64,000 nt of DNA from Anaerohalosphaeraceae bacterium (lineage in GTDB: Bacteria > Planctomycetota > Phycisphaerae > Sedimentisphaerales > Anaerohalosphaeraceae): assembly GCA_963675525.2 (NCBI GenBank), contig CAXXSL010000013.1, positions 96,001 to 160,000 on the forward strand. Direction: 5' to 3'. The position numbers were made by a program, and so were the translations under genes. Below the pieces are notes generated by a model, which did not search any database, was not told the origin of the DNA, and saw only the letters and a program-made list of their open reading frames with translations. This document shows positions 30,828-39,804 of the stretch, piece after piece (within the stretch, counting starts at the first letter, position 1; each line of letters opens with the position of its first letter).

Positions 30828-32369
30828 TTATTCATAGAAGTTGGTTGCTTCTGTTTCCTGTACATTTCGGGTCAACTGGTCACTATCCATGGTAACGGTG
30901 AAACGTACATCGCCGGCCTTCACGGCTTTGACCGTGACACGCCAACTGACTTTTGCTTTCGGTGCCAGCGATGGCAGCGGAGCAAAGGTTACCGTGCTTC
31001 CGGAAAGCGTACCATTGGTAGCACCGGTCGCACTGACAAACTGCATGCTGTCTTCCAACATCGTCTTAATGATAATGTTGGTATCGGGTGCTGAACCCTG
31101 GTTGGTGACTGTAATGAGATAGGTCTCATTGCCGCCCACCTCGATCGGGTCAGACAGGTCAATAACCTCCAACAGAATGGCCGCAATGGCATCGATCTGC
31201 GTTTGGGCCGAAGCGCTGACGTCATCGGCACATACTGCCGTTGCTTTTGCGGTATTAGCGTAGTTGCCACCCTTGGCTGGTTTATACGATACGCTTACCG
31301 TCTTAGAAGCCTTGGGTGCCAAACTGCCGACTTTCCAGGTGATCTGGTTTCCGACAACCACACCGCCGGCTGTGGCCTGAACATCGCTTACACCCGCAGG
31401 AATCGTATCGGTAATGACGGTGTCCATCGCGGCGGTATCGCCTTTGTTGCTAACCGTAATATCATACTTGATGGAACGGCCGAGGTATTCCTTCTTCGGA
31501 CCACTCTTTGTGATCGCCAATACGGGCTGGGTAACAACCGTTGTTGTCACTTCAGACTGAGCCTTCAAGTTGCCGTCGGCCATTGCTGACGCCTGATTCT
31601 TGAACGTTCCGGTTTTGGCTGCTTTGGTCACAACAGTACGCGTAGCCGATTGACCGGCTGCCAGATCGCCCACAGCAATTTCGATGGACTTCTTGCCATC
31701 CTGTGTCATCAGGCCGTCCGGAAGCGCATCCATGATCTTGACGTTTGATGCCGTTCCGGTTCCTTTGTTCGTAACAACAAACTTCATCGGAATCGCATCA
31801 CAGATCGTTACTTTTTCCGGAGCGGACTTGCTAAGCATTAATGCAGGCTGAACCACCTGCGTCTTGGCACAAGCCAGAATAACATAGGTCACATCAGCAC
31901 ATGTTTGCAAACACCCCGCTTCTGTAGCAGTTCCTCTGACAGTGATCTTATCAGTAGCCTTGGGGCCGAGGGAATCCATCTTCCAGGTAACAATGCCGTT
32001 TTCCATTTTACCGGCAGGCGAAGAACTAAGTTCCTTTAAGCTGGCGGGAACACGTTCTGTGACCGCAACGTCTGTCAACATCATATCGGTCAAATTCGTC
32101 AGCGTGATGCTGTACTCGAACGGTGCGTTGAGCTGGACCGTCGCAGGCATTGTTTTTTGCAGTCGGATCGCCCCGGATTTCATATAATCCACTGAAACCG
32201 TATAGTCACCGCAAGCACCTGTTTTAGGCGCAGGAGCCGGTGCAGCAACCGGTGCTGGTTTGGGGGCCGGCTTTTGAACCACCGGTTGCGGCTGAGCGCC
32301 GGGGCATGTACAGCCCACGATGCCAACCACCAAAATCATACATAATGTTGCCCAAATTAGAGTTTTCAT
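30828..32369 (-). CDS. DUF11-repeat, OmcB-like cysteine-containing lipoprotein
   Basis: Lipobox IVGC; four Ig-like repeats (Y-x-I-x-V-x-N-x-G...D-x-L/I-P); DLSDPIEVGGNETYLITVTNQGSA; ETEATNFY end. Confidence 0.85.
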   Translation of the reverse strand: MKTLIWATLCMILVVGIVGCTCPGAQPQPVVQKPAPKPAPVAAPAPAPKTGACGDYTVSVDYMKSGAIRLQKTMPATVQLNAPFEYSITLTNLTDMMLTDVAVTERVPASLKELSSSPAGKMENGIVTWKMDSLGPKATDKITVRGTATEAGCLQTCADVTYVILACAKTQVVQPALMLSKSAPEKVTICDAIPMKFVVTNKGTGTASNVKIMDALPDGLMTQDGKKSIEIAVGDLAAGQSATRTVVTKAAKTGTFKNQASAMADGNLKAQSEVTTTVVTQPVLAITKSGPKKEYLGRSIKYDITVSNKGDTAAMDTVITDTIPAGVSDVQATAGGVVVGNQITWKVGSLAPKASKTVSVSYKPAKGGNYANTAKATAVCADDVSASAQTQIDAIAAILLEVIDLSDPIEVGGNETYLITVTNQGSAPDTNIIIKTMLEDSMQFVSATGATNGTLSGSTVTFAPLPSLAPKAKVSWRVTVKAVKAGDVRFTVTMDSDQLTRNVQETEATNFYE

Positions 32370-32730
32370 AAAAATCTCCTATCTCTAAATAAAATTAAAC
32401 GACTCTTACTTACATTCACGTAAACGGGTAAGATACTGAGAAACGATACTCAAGGCGGGGCCTTATTGTTTTTCGCACTTATCACCATACTGTTTTTTCT
32501 CCCCTTTCGGAAAACAGTTCAGGTTGTTACTCAATCCGTTAAATCTATAATACGAACAAAACAGGAATATGTTAATTTATTTTTATGAAATAATGAAAAA
32601 AATCTGCAATGTCCTGTTTTGATAAAAAAGAACTTAATTTCGTTAAAACATGTAATTACAACAGCTTAGTTTTATTGACCATCGCCCATCAAAGCCTTAT
32701 AATACACAAAAAATGAGAAAAGGTTATGCG

Positions 32731-33750
32731 ATGATTAATGTCCTGATTACGATTGTCATTCTGCTATTGATCGGCCTGGTGGTGCTGGTGGCGGTGATGA
32801 TGCTGTCGCTGAGTGCATCCCGGCGGGAAGCCGCTCAGCAAAACGCCATCATTAAAACCGTGCAGGAAAATCTGGACGGGCTTCGCAAGAATCAGGAAAC
32901 GCTGAACCAGTCGCTGGATAAAAAGCTCAGTTCCGGGCAGGAAAACATTTCCAACTTTCTGACGCACAGCCAGAAAACATTCGGTGAGCTTAAGGAGCAG
33001 ATCGGCAAACTCAAAAGCGACAGCGAACGGATGCTGCAGCTTGGTGCCGATGTGCGGAGTCTGCAGAATATTCTGAAAGCGCCAAAGCTGCGCGGGCAGA
33101 TGGGCGAGTTTTCATTGGCCGCCCTGCTGAAACAGATTCTGCCTGCAAACAGTTTTGTTTTACAGCATGGTTTTTCGAATGGCAAGATTGTCGATGCGAT
33201 GATCAAACTGCCGGATTTTTCGGTGTCCGTGGATGCGAAGTTTCCGCTGCCCGCGTTTGAACAGATGAACGCCGCGGCCGATGATGCTGAAAAAGCGAAA
33301 TTGCGCCGAACATTTCAAACCGATGTAACCCGGCACATCGATAAGATTGCCGAAAGTTATATCCTGCCGGCGGAAGGTACGCTGGACTTTGCCCTGATGT
33401 ACATTCCGGCGGAAAATGTGTATTACGAAACCATCGTGAAATATGATAACGACCGGATGGATTTGCTGAATTACGCATTGGAAAAGAAGGTAATTCCCGT
33501 TTCGCCGAATCTGCTGTATGCTTATTTGATGACCATCGTGATGGGCCTGCATGGTTTACAAATCGAGAAGGAGGCGGCCATGATACGGAAGAACCTGCAG
33601 CGACTGTCGGCAGGGTTGGTAACCTTTATGAGTAACTGGGAGGTGCTCGGCAGGCATCTGCGTAACGCACAGAACCAGTACGACGACGGACAAAAGAACC
33701 TGAGTAAATTTATGATACAGTTGGAGCAGATACAACAGGAGGATGAGTAG
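32731..33750 (+). CDS. rmuC: DNA recombination protein RmuC
   Basis: N-terminal TM and coiled coil; PKLRGQMGE, VDAKFPL, TLDFALMYIPAENVY, VIPVSPNLL; start 32713 or 32731. Confidence 0.92.
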   Translation: MINVLITIVILLLIGLVVLVAVMMLSLSASRREAAQQNAIIKTVQENLDGLRKNQETLNQSLDKKLSSGQENISNFLTHSQKTFGELKEQIGKLKSDSERMLQLGADVRSLQNILKAPKLRGQMGEFSLAALLKQILPANSFVLQHGFSNGKIVDAMIKLPDFSVSVDAKFPLPAFEQMNAAADDAEKAKLRRTFQTDVTRHIDKIAESYILPAEGTLDFALMYIPAENVYYETIVKYDNDRMDLLNYALEKKVIPVSPNLLYAYLMTIVMGLHGLQIEKEAAMIRKNLQRLSAGLVTFMSNWEVLGRHLRNAQNQYDDGQKNLSKFMIQLEQIQQEDE

Positions 33751-33819
33751 CATGAGATAATGTTTAGCCATGGCCGCCTTTGCACAGTTTTATTATCTGC
33801 TGTTTTGGATTAAGTAAAA

Positions 33820-34662
33820 TTGTTTGAAAAAGAAAAACAACAATCTGAAAATGTTCTGTTGTCCGAAATGCGGATTCTGAAGTCCGTAAAGCAAACTGTT
33901 GGCGGAATCGTAGCCTTACTACTGATGTGTTTCTTCATGTTATCCTTTGTCTTACTGGCGATATTTAACTTGGTTCTGTTTCGGGAAATGCCTATAAGCG
34001 GACTGCTCGCATCTGCGGTTTGGTTGTTGCTTATACTGCTGTGTGTTTGGGGATTGCACACATATAACGCAGGGCTACAGCATTCACTAATTTGTTTTAT
34101 GGGGGTTTTTTCTCATTATCATTTTGCAGCCGTGTGCCGACAGGCAGAAGGATGGGATGCACTTTGTTTTGGTTATAAATTATTGGGCTTCCGTTTCTAT
34201 CTTCTCAAAATCAAGTGCGAGGGTATACAGACCGTTGATTGGAGTACAGGGCAACTAAGTAGCCGTTTAGGACGAGATGCGAACGACTGGCATGTTGTTG
34301 TCTGGTATGATGAAAGGCAGGCAACGAAGGGGAGGAGTTGGGATTGTTTTGACAAATACGATCTTGGATTGTACATTGTTGGTCCTGAACAGGCGAAAAT
34401 CGAAGCGGAAAAACTTGGCAATCGTCTTGTCGCATTTTTGCGGAATGCGGATGTGGCTGCGGCGAAAAAGAATCTGCCGAATCCCATACTTTTAGAAGAA
34501 ATGGCCGCTGAAGCTGTCAATAAACACAAAATATATTTAGACGGCTATGGTGAATTTTACTATCGTTCGACAAAAGGGCATCTTAAAAGAGGCACTAAAG
34601 TCAGGGGCATCGAGAACAGAGGATTATCGCTTTATGTTGAGCCCATCGAGTCGGAAGCATAA
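33820..34662 (+). CDS. Membrane hypothetical protein with a short NfeD-like C-terminal beta domain
   Basis: Two TM helices; LKRGTKVRGIENRGLSLYVEP end. Confidence 0.55.
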   Translation: MFEKEKQQSENVLLSEMRILKSVKQTVGGIVALLLMCFFMLSFVLLAIFNLVLFREMPISGLLASAVWLLLILLCVWGLHTYNAGLQHSLICFMGVFSHYHFAAVCRQAEGWDALCFGYKLLGFRFYLLKIKCEGIQTVDWSTGQLSSRLGRDANDWHVVVWYDERQATKGRSWDCFDKYDLGLYIVGPEQAKIEAEKLGNRLVAFLRNADVAAAKKNLPNPILLEEMAAEAVNKHKIYLDGYGEFYYRSTKGHLKRGTKVRGIENRGLSLYVEPIESEA

Positions 34663-34677
34663 CTTTAAGGACAAAAT

Positions 34678-35442
34678 ATGATTTATGAAGATTTGAGGGA
34701 CAAGCGGGTGTTGGTAACGGGGTCGAGCAGCGGGATCGGTGCGGCGACGGCGGCCCTTTTCGCACGGCAAGGCTGTTTTGTAGGCGTGCACTATTTCCGG
34801 ACAAAAGACGGCGGTGAGAAAACGCTGGCCGGTGTTCAGGAGGTTTCTGACGGGTGTCTTTTGCAGGCGGATATGCGTGATGAAGCACAGGTTACGGCGA
34901 TGATGCAGTCATTCATCGAACAGGCCGGCGGGCTGGATATCCTGGTGAACAATGCCGGAACGCTGCTGGGACGTGTCGATATTGAAGGCATGAGCGTCGA
35001 GCACTTTGACGATGAATTCGCAACCAATGCCAAAAGCACGTTTCTGGCAACCCGCGCGGCGATACCCCATCTGAAACAATCCGGCGGCTGCATTGTCAAT
35101 ATCGGCTCGGTGGCCGGACATAACGGCGGCGGAGGCGGTTCGGGGGTGTATGCTTCAGCCAAGGCGGCGGTACATACGATGACGATTGCGATGGCGGCTG
35201 AATTTTCCAAATACGGCATTCGCGTCAACAGCGTGCTGCCCGGGCTGATCGAGACGCGGTTTCATGAAAAATTCTCCACACCCGAACGGCGGGCCAAAAT
35301 GGCTCAAGCAACACCGCTCAAACGAAACGGAACGGCCGAAGATATCGCGAAAGTTATATTATTCTTAGCCAGCAGCGAAGCGGCCGGATTTATTACGGGT
35401 GAATACATCGCCGTCAATGGCGGACTGTATATGCGGGCGTAA
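34678..35442 (+). CDS. SDR-family oxidoreductase
   Basis: TGSSSGIG, NNAG, YASAK. Confidence 0.95.
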   Translation: MIYEDLRDKRVLVTGSSSGIGAATAALFARQGCFVGVHYFRTKDGGEKTLAGVQEVSDGCLLQADMRDEAQVTAMMQSFIEQAGGLDILVNNAGTLLGRVDIEGMSVEHFDDEFATNAKSTFLATRAAIPHLKQSGGCIVNIGSVAGHNGGGGGSGVYASAKAAVHTMTIAMAAEFSKYGIRVNSVLPGLIETRFHEKFSTPERRAKMAQATPLKRNGTAEDIAKVILFLASSEAAGFITGEYIAVNGGLYMRA

Positions 35443-35446
35443 AAAG

Positions 35447-35561
35447 AATATTAAATATCAAAATGTAAATATTAAAATTAAGGAATCCCGACTGCGTCGG
35501 GATAGCTGTTTAATAGATTCTTCGCTACGCTCAGAATGACAATTTGCACGGTCGGAATGAC
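35447..35561. repeat. Composite intergenic repeat: five AATATYA heptamers, GGAATC, a hairpin, then a REP-like unit
   Basis: aatatta aatatca aaatgta aatatta aaattaa ggaatc; hairpin ATCCCGAC-TGC-GTCGGGAT; AGATTCTTCGCTACGCTCAGAATGAC at 35515-35540. Confidence 0.7.
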
Positions 35562-35579
35562 GGTTACTGATTTTCCATA

Positions 35580-36455
35580 CTACTCAAACAGCGGGGCCAG
35601 TTCGGCTTTGACGGCCGGGTCGATGGCATTGGGGTTGGTCCAGACGGCCAGTTCAAGACTTTTTCGGCAATCACAGGATTCATCGCACAAAGCGCCATCT
35701 GTATCCAGCACTTTTTCGATCAGCTCAATCGCATTGTTCGTCGCTTTGTTCAGGTTGCCGATGATCTCGGACAGCAGACTTTGTTTGTCCATATCGGGGT
35801 CGTGCTCGCGCCAGCAGTCGTAGTCGCTGGCCAGGGCCACCAGTGCATAGCACATCTGGGCTTCACGGGCCAGCTTGGCCTCGGGCATGGCGGTCATACC
35901 GATCAGGTCGCCGCCCAACGCCCGGTGCATGAGCGATTCGGCGCGGGTGGAGAACTGCGGCCCTTCCATGCAGATATACGTGCCGTAGGCATGGGTGACA
36001 GCTTCGGTTTTCTCGGCCACCATCATCATCTGCTCACGCAGACGCTGACAGCACGGTTGGGCAAACTCGGTATGGACCGCGCCGAGTTTATCAAAGAAAG
36101 TATTTTGGCGGCGAAAGGTTTTGTCGATGAACTGATCGACGAGAACCAGATGCCCCGGTTCGATCTCCTGACACAGGGAACCGACGGCCGCACTGGCGAT
36201 GAGCGTGGTGACGCCGAGTTTTTTAAGGGCGAAGATATTGGCGGCATAGGGCACAACGCTGGGATTAAAACGGTGGCCTGTACCGTGACGAGCGAGAAAG
36301 GCGATCTTGTTTTTGCCGAGTTTGCCGACCATGACGGGGCTGCTGGGTGAACCGAAGGGTGTTTGTACGTTTTCTTCCGTCACGTCCTGAATTTTAGCGG
36401 CTAAGGCGTCGCCAAGTCCGCTTCCTCCAATAATCCCGATCAGTTTGTCCGTCAT
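35580..36455 (-). CDS. mtnP: S-methyl-5'-thioadenosine phosphorylase
   Basis: IGIIGGSG, FLARHG, MEGPQFSTRAES, GMTAMPEAKLAREA, SDYDCW. Confidence 0.95.
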   Translation of the reverse strand: MTDKLIGIIGGSGLGDALAAKIQDVTEENVQTPFGSPSSPVMVGKLGKNKIAFLARHGTGHRFNPSVVPYAANIFALKKLGVTTLIASAAVGSLCQEIEPGHLVLVDQFIDKTFRRQNTFFDKLGAVHTEFAQPCCQRLREQMMMVAEKTEAVTHAYGTYICMEGPQFSTRAESLMHRALGGDLIGMTAMPEAKLAREAQMCYALVALASDYDCWREHDPDMDKQSLLSEIIGNLNKATNNAIELIEKVLDTDGALCDESCDCRKSLELAVWTNPNAIDPAVKAELAPLFE

Positions 36456-36491
36456 GGTTTTTCCTTTTTAAAAAATTGTGACACTAACTTC

Positions 36492-36585
36492 TTTCGCCCC
36501 TTCGGGGCTTAAAGAAAGGAAGATTCCTTCTTTCCGGGGGCTCACGCCCCCGGCTATGATACTTATGACCCCGTTGGGGTCTGAA
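36492..36585. repeat. REP-like multi-hairpin cluster
   Basis: GCCCC-TTC-GGGGC; CCGGGGG-CTCACG-CCCCCGG; GACCCC-GTT-GGGGTC. Confidence 0.75.
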
Positions 36586-36622
36586 AATACCTGTTCTCAA
36601 TAGAACAAGAATTGCTAACTTT

Positions 36623-36655
36623 CATCCACCTCATTTCATTCGGTGGCTGCCACCC
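36623..36655. repeat. Dispersed palindromic motif CATCCACYTCAT..ATTCRGTGGCTGCCACCC, copy 2
   Basis: Matches 21582-21619. Confidence 0.75.
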
Positions 36656-36660
36656 TGCCG

Positions 36661-37158
36661 TTACACGTCGTTGTCAGCTTTTTCCAACAACCAATCATGT
36701 AATAAATATAAATCGGTCCCGATTCCTTTTATATAAGGCACTTCTCTAATACGTCTACATAAAGTATACATTTCTTCCTTAGAAACTGAATCCTTATTAA
36801 TTAATGTAAGGAACTCTTCAGTAAGTTCACAATGCACATTAATAAAGTCATAATTTGTTTGAGTAATAAAATTTCTCAATTCATCTATCAGGTGATGTGC
36901 TGTTTCTAAAACTTCATTTTGCGAACAAGAAATATAATGTTTTGAAAAACAATATAACTTTGGAGTCTTACCTTTGCATCGACGTTTGAAATTAATACAA
37001 AAAGATTTAACAGAGTGAGAAATTCCCAGAAAAAGTCCCAAAGTAATGGTCACTAATAATGCCAAAAGTGATACTACAAAAACAATCGGACTTAGAATGA
37101 TTTTAATAAAAAACAAAAGCGTTTTGTACTTAGGCTTGTTTCTCATTGTAGCATTCAT
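36661..37158 (-). CDS. AT-rich hypothetical membrane protein
   Basis: ORF 36661..37200; likely start ATG 37158 or 37146 after the ruvB stop; long N-terminal TM; visibly low GC. Confidence 0.6.
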   Translation of the reverse strand: MNATMRNKPKYKTLLFFIKIILSPIVFVVSLLALLVTITLGLFLGISHSVKSFCINFKRRCKGKTPKLYCFSKHYISCSQNEVLETAHHLIDELRNFITQTNYDFINVHCELTEEFLTLINKDSVSKEEMYTLCRRIREVPYIKGIGTDLYLLHDWLLEKADNDV

Positions 37159-37171
37159 CGTTCTGTGACTT

Positions 37172-38212
37172 TCATTCAAATAAACCTGTTTCCCCCGCAC
37201 CTTTCTTTTTCGAGTTTACATTAAGCCCAAGGTGTTTGCAGGCGGCGGGGGTGATTTCTCGGCCGCGTTTGGTTCGTCGGACAAAACCGATTTGCAGCAA
37301 ATACGGTTCAACCACATCTTCCAGGGTGTCGCGTTCCTCGCCGAGGGTGGCAGCCATTGCTTCGATACCGGCCGGACCGCCGTCGTAAACCTTGATCAAG
37401 GCCCGCAGGAAATTGCGGTCCAGTTCATCCAGACCGAGGTGGTCGATCTGTTCCATCTTGAGAGCGTTTTCGACGATTTCGGTGGTCAGCTTGCCGGAAC
37501 CTTTGACCTGTGCGTAATCGCGCACGCGCTTAAGCAGACGATTGGCGACACGCGGCGTGCCCCGGCTGCGAGAGGCAACCATTTCCAGCGTGCCGTCGTC
37601 ACTTTTCAGTTCCAAGAGACCAGCCGAACGGCTTAAAATATCCGTCAGTTCGTCGACGTTATAAAATTCCAGATGATGCAGCATCCCAAAGCGTCCACGC
37701 AATGGAGCACTCAACAGACCGGCACGGGTGGTGGCTCCGATGAGCGTAAAGCGTTTCAGCGGAAAGTTAATCGTTTTAGCATGCATGCCGCTGTCGACCG
37801 TAAAATCAACCTTGAAGTCTTCCATTGCCGGGTAGATGAATTCTTCGACGGGCGCACTGAGGCGGTGAATCTCGTCGATGAAGAGCACGTCGCCGGTGTT
37901 GATGTTGGAGAGCAGACCCATCAGATCGCCCTGCTTGGTGATGGCCGGGCCGGAGGTGACACGGATGTTGGCGCCCATTTCGTTGGCGATGACATGGGCC
38001 AGCGTGGTTTTGCCAAGCCCCGGCGGGCCGTAAAAGAGGATATGCTCCAGCGGTTCATTGCGCTTTTGAGCCGCCTGAACAGCGATGGACAGCTTTTCCT
38101 TGACATTCTTTTGCCCGATGCATTCGGCCAGTTTTTGCGGCCGCAGCGCACTGTTGAACTGCTCTTCGCCCTCCCCGCGTGATTGACCGCTTAATACTCT
38201 ATCAATTGCCAT
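37172..38212 (-). CDS. ruvB: Holliday junction branch migration helicase
   Basis: LRP, GPPGLGKTT, FIDEIHRL, SRGTPR, VEPYLLQ. Confidence 0.99.
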   Translation of the reverse strand: MAIDRVLSGQSRGEGEEQFNSALRPQKLAECIGQKNVKEKLSIAVQAAQKRNEPLEHILFYGPPGLGKTTLAHVIANEMGANIRVTSGPAITKQGDLMGLLSNINTGDVLFIDEIHRLSAPVEEFIYPAMEDFKVDFTVDSGMHAKTINFPLKRFTLIGATTRAGLLSAPLRGRFGMLHHLEFYNVDELTDILSRSAGLLELKSDDGTLEMVASRSRGTPRVANRLLKRVRDYAQVKGSGKLTTEIVENALKMEQIDHLGLDELDRNFLRALIKVYDGGPAGIEAMAATLGEERDTLEDVVEPYLLQIGFVRRTKRGREITPAACKHLGLNVNSKKKGAGETGLFE

Positions 38213-38223
38213 AATTTTTTTCT

Positions 38224-38637
38224 TTAGACAGGATTAACGGGATTAACAGGATTTTTTTTAGTATATAACCTGATGTCCCTTACTTTTCGTTTTATCTCTA
38301 CGCTTTTTTCACCAAAGTTAATAATTAACCCGATATCTTTTCCTGTTGCAGACAAGTAATTGACCAATTGGACCTCATGAGCTTTGACAATCTGCCTAAC
38401 CGGTTTTAGTTCTACAATAATCACATCATCAATTAAAATATCCGCTTTAAACTCTCCAACAATATTTCCTTCGTACTGGACAAGAATATCTTTTTGAGCC
38501 TCTGCATGAATACCGGCCTTTTGCAACTCAATTAAAAGGCATTTTTCATATACCGATTCAAGAAAACCAAAACCCATTATATTATAAACTTTATAAGCAC
38601 AACCAATAACTTTATCCGTAAGCCCCTCATATTTCAT
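38224..38637 (-). CDS. GxxExxY protein (PD-(D/E)xK-like fold)
   Basis: GFGFLESVYEKCL, FKADILIDDVIIVELK, HEVQLVNYL, GLIINFG. Confidence 0.93.
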   Translation of the reverse strand: MKYEGLTDKVIGCAYKVYNIMGFGFLESVYEKCLLIELQKAGIHAEAQKDILVQYEGNIVGEFKADILIDDVIIVELKPVRQIVKAHEVQLVNYLSATGKDIGLIINFGEKSVEIKRKVRDIRLYTKKNPVNPVNPV

Positions 38638-38673
38638 TTTTATTTAATCCTGTATATCCTGTAAATCCTGTCT
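38226..38673. mobile_element. Putative GxxExxY cassette bounded by 28-bp inverted repeats, each of three 9-mers
   Basis: 38226-38253 versus the reverse complement of 38646-38673: 24/28 identical; AT-rich insert between ruvA and ruvB. Mobility is inferred. Confidence 0.6.
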
Positions 38674-38684
38674 GAAAAAATTTC

Positions 38685-39314
38685 TTATGCCTCAATTCCT
38701 TGCTTAACACGATATGTCAATGGCACCAATTCTTCGGCGGATTTAATATCCGGATGTTTTTTGCAGGTCAGTTCAATCAACTCCATCGCTTCGTTTCGTT
38801 TTTCGCCCCAGGCAATTAAAATCTCCAAAGCCTCGGTCTGGAACGAACTAAAGGCCGAAGCAGGTCTGCCGGAAGGCGACGATGAAAAGGCAAACTCGCC
38901 CAGTTTTCCCTGTAGTTCGGCGACAATTAATTGCGCAAAACGCTTACCGACCGCCGGAAGCGAGATGAGCATTTTTTCATCACCGGCTTCAATGGCATCG
39001 GCGATCCGCGCGATCGGGATCGTCAAAGATTTCAAACCTTTTTTGATTCCCATACCCTTGACGCTTGTATAATGTGTGAAGAAGGATTTTTCCGCCTGCG
39101 TCAAAAAGCCCACCAACCGGGGAATCAGATTGCCGCCGCCGGGCGTACCTTCGTAATATTCCATCGTACACAGAACGATCTCGCTGCCGATCCGGCCGGA
39201 CAATTGACTAACCGCATATCCGGGCAGCATGACTTCATAACAAATCGCCCCGACCTGCACAAGGCATTTATCCGTTCCGAGTGAAACTAGTTTTCCTTCA
39301 ATCTGCGCTATCAT
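38685..39314 (-). CDS. ruvA: Holliday junction DNA-binding subunit
   Basis: MIAQIEGKL, SVKGMGIKK and LPAVGKRFAQLIVAELQGK HhH motifs; ruvCAB context. Confidence 0.93.
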   Translation of the reverse strand: MIAQIEGKLVSLGTDKCLVQVGAICYEVMLPGYAVSQLSGRIGSEIVLCTMEYYEGTPGGGNLIPRLVGFLTQAEKSFFTHYTSVKGMGIKKGLKSLTIPIARIADAIEAGDEKMLISLPAVGKRFAQLIVAELQGKLGEFAFSSSPSGRPASAFSSFQTEALEILIAWGEKRNEAMELIELTCKKHPDIKSAEELVPLTYRVKQGIEA

Positions 39315-39793
39315 AATTTTTTATCGCCTTCACTTGCACAGCATAACGCAATCGCAATTGCATCGGCCACATCCGCCGGTTCCGGCACTTCCGGCAGGGC
39401 CAGTATCGTCTGGATGGCCCGCTGCATCTGGCTCTTGGCGGCTCGTCCGTTTCCGGTCAGCGACTTTTTGATGCGCGTCGCCGCATAACTTTTCACTTCA
39501 GCACCGGATTCGGCCGCTTTCTGCAGGATCACGCCGCGAGCGTGCCCCATCAATATCGCTGTCCGCGGGTGTTTATAATGAGCATACAATTGCTCGACAG
39601 CCACAATTTTGGGCTTGTGACTCTTTAATATCAGCCCAATGTCTTCGGCGATCTGATTGAGCCGCATCTCCAGCGGCGCCTTGCCGTCAGTGCGAAACAC
39701 ACCGGCTTCGATCAACTTCGTTTCCGCACAGCTAGCCTCAATCACCGCATAGCCGCACACCTGCAATCCCGGATCGATACCGAGAATTTTCAT
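39311..39793 (-). CDS. ruvC: Holliday junction resolvase
   Basis: ILGIDPG, VAVEQ, GHARGV, IKKSLTGNGRAAK, DVADAIAIA. Confidence 0.97.
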   Translation of the reverse strand: MKILGIDPGLQVCGYAVIEASCAETKLIEAGVFRTDGKAPLEMRLNQIAEDIGLILKSHKPKIVAVEQLYAHYKHPRTAILMGHARGVILQKAAESGAEVKSYAATRIKKSLTGNGRAAKSQMQRAIQTILALPEVPEPADVADAIAIALCCASEGDKKL

Positions 39794-39804
39794 TGCCTCT
39801 CCCA

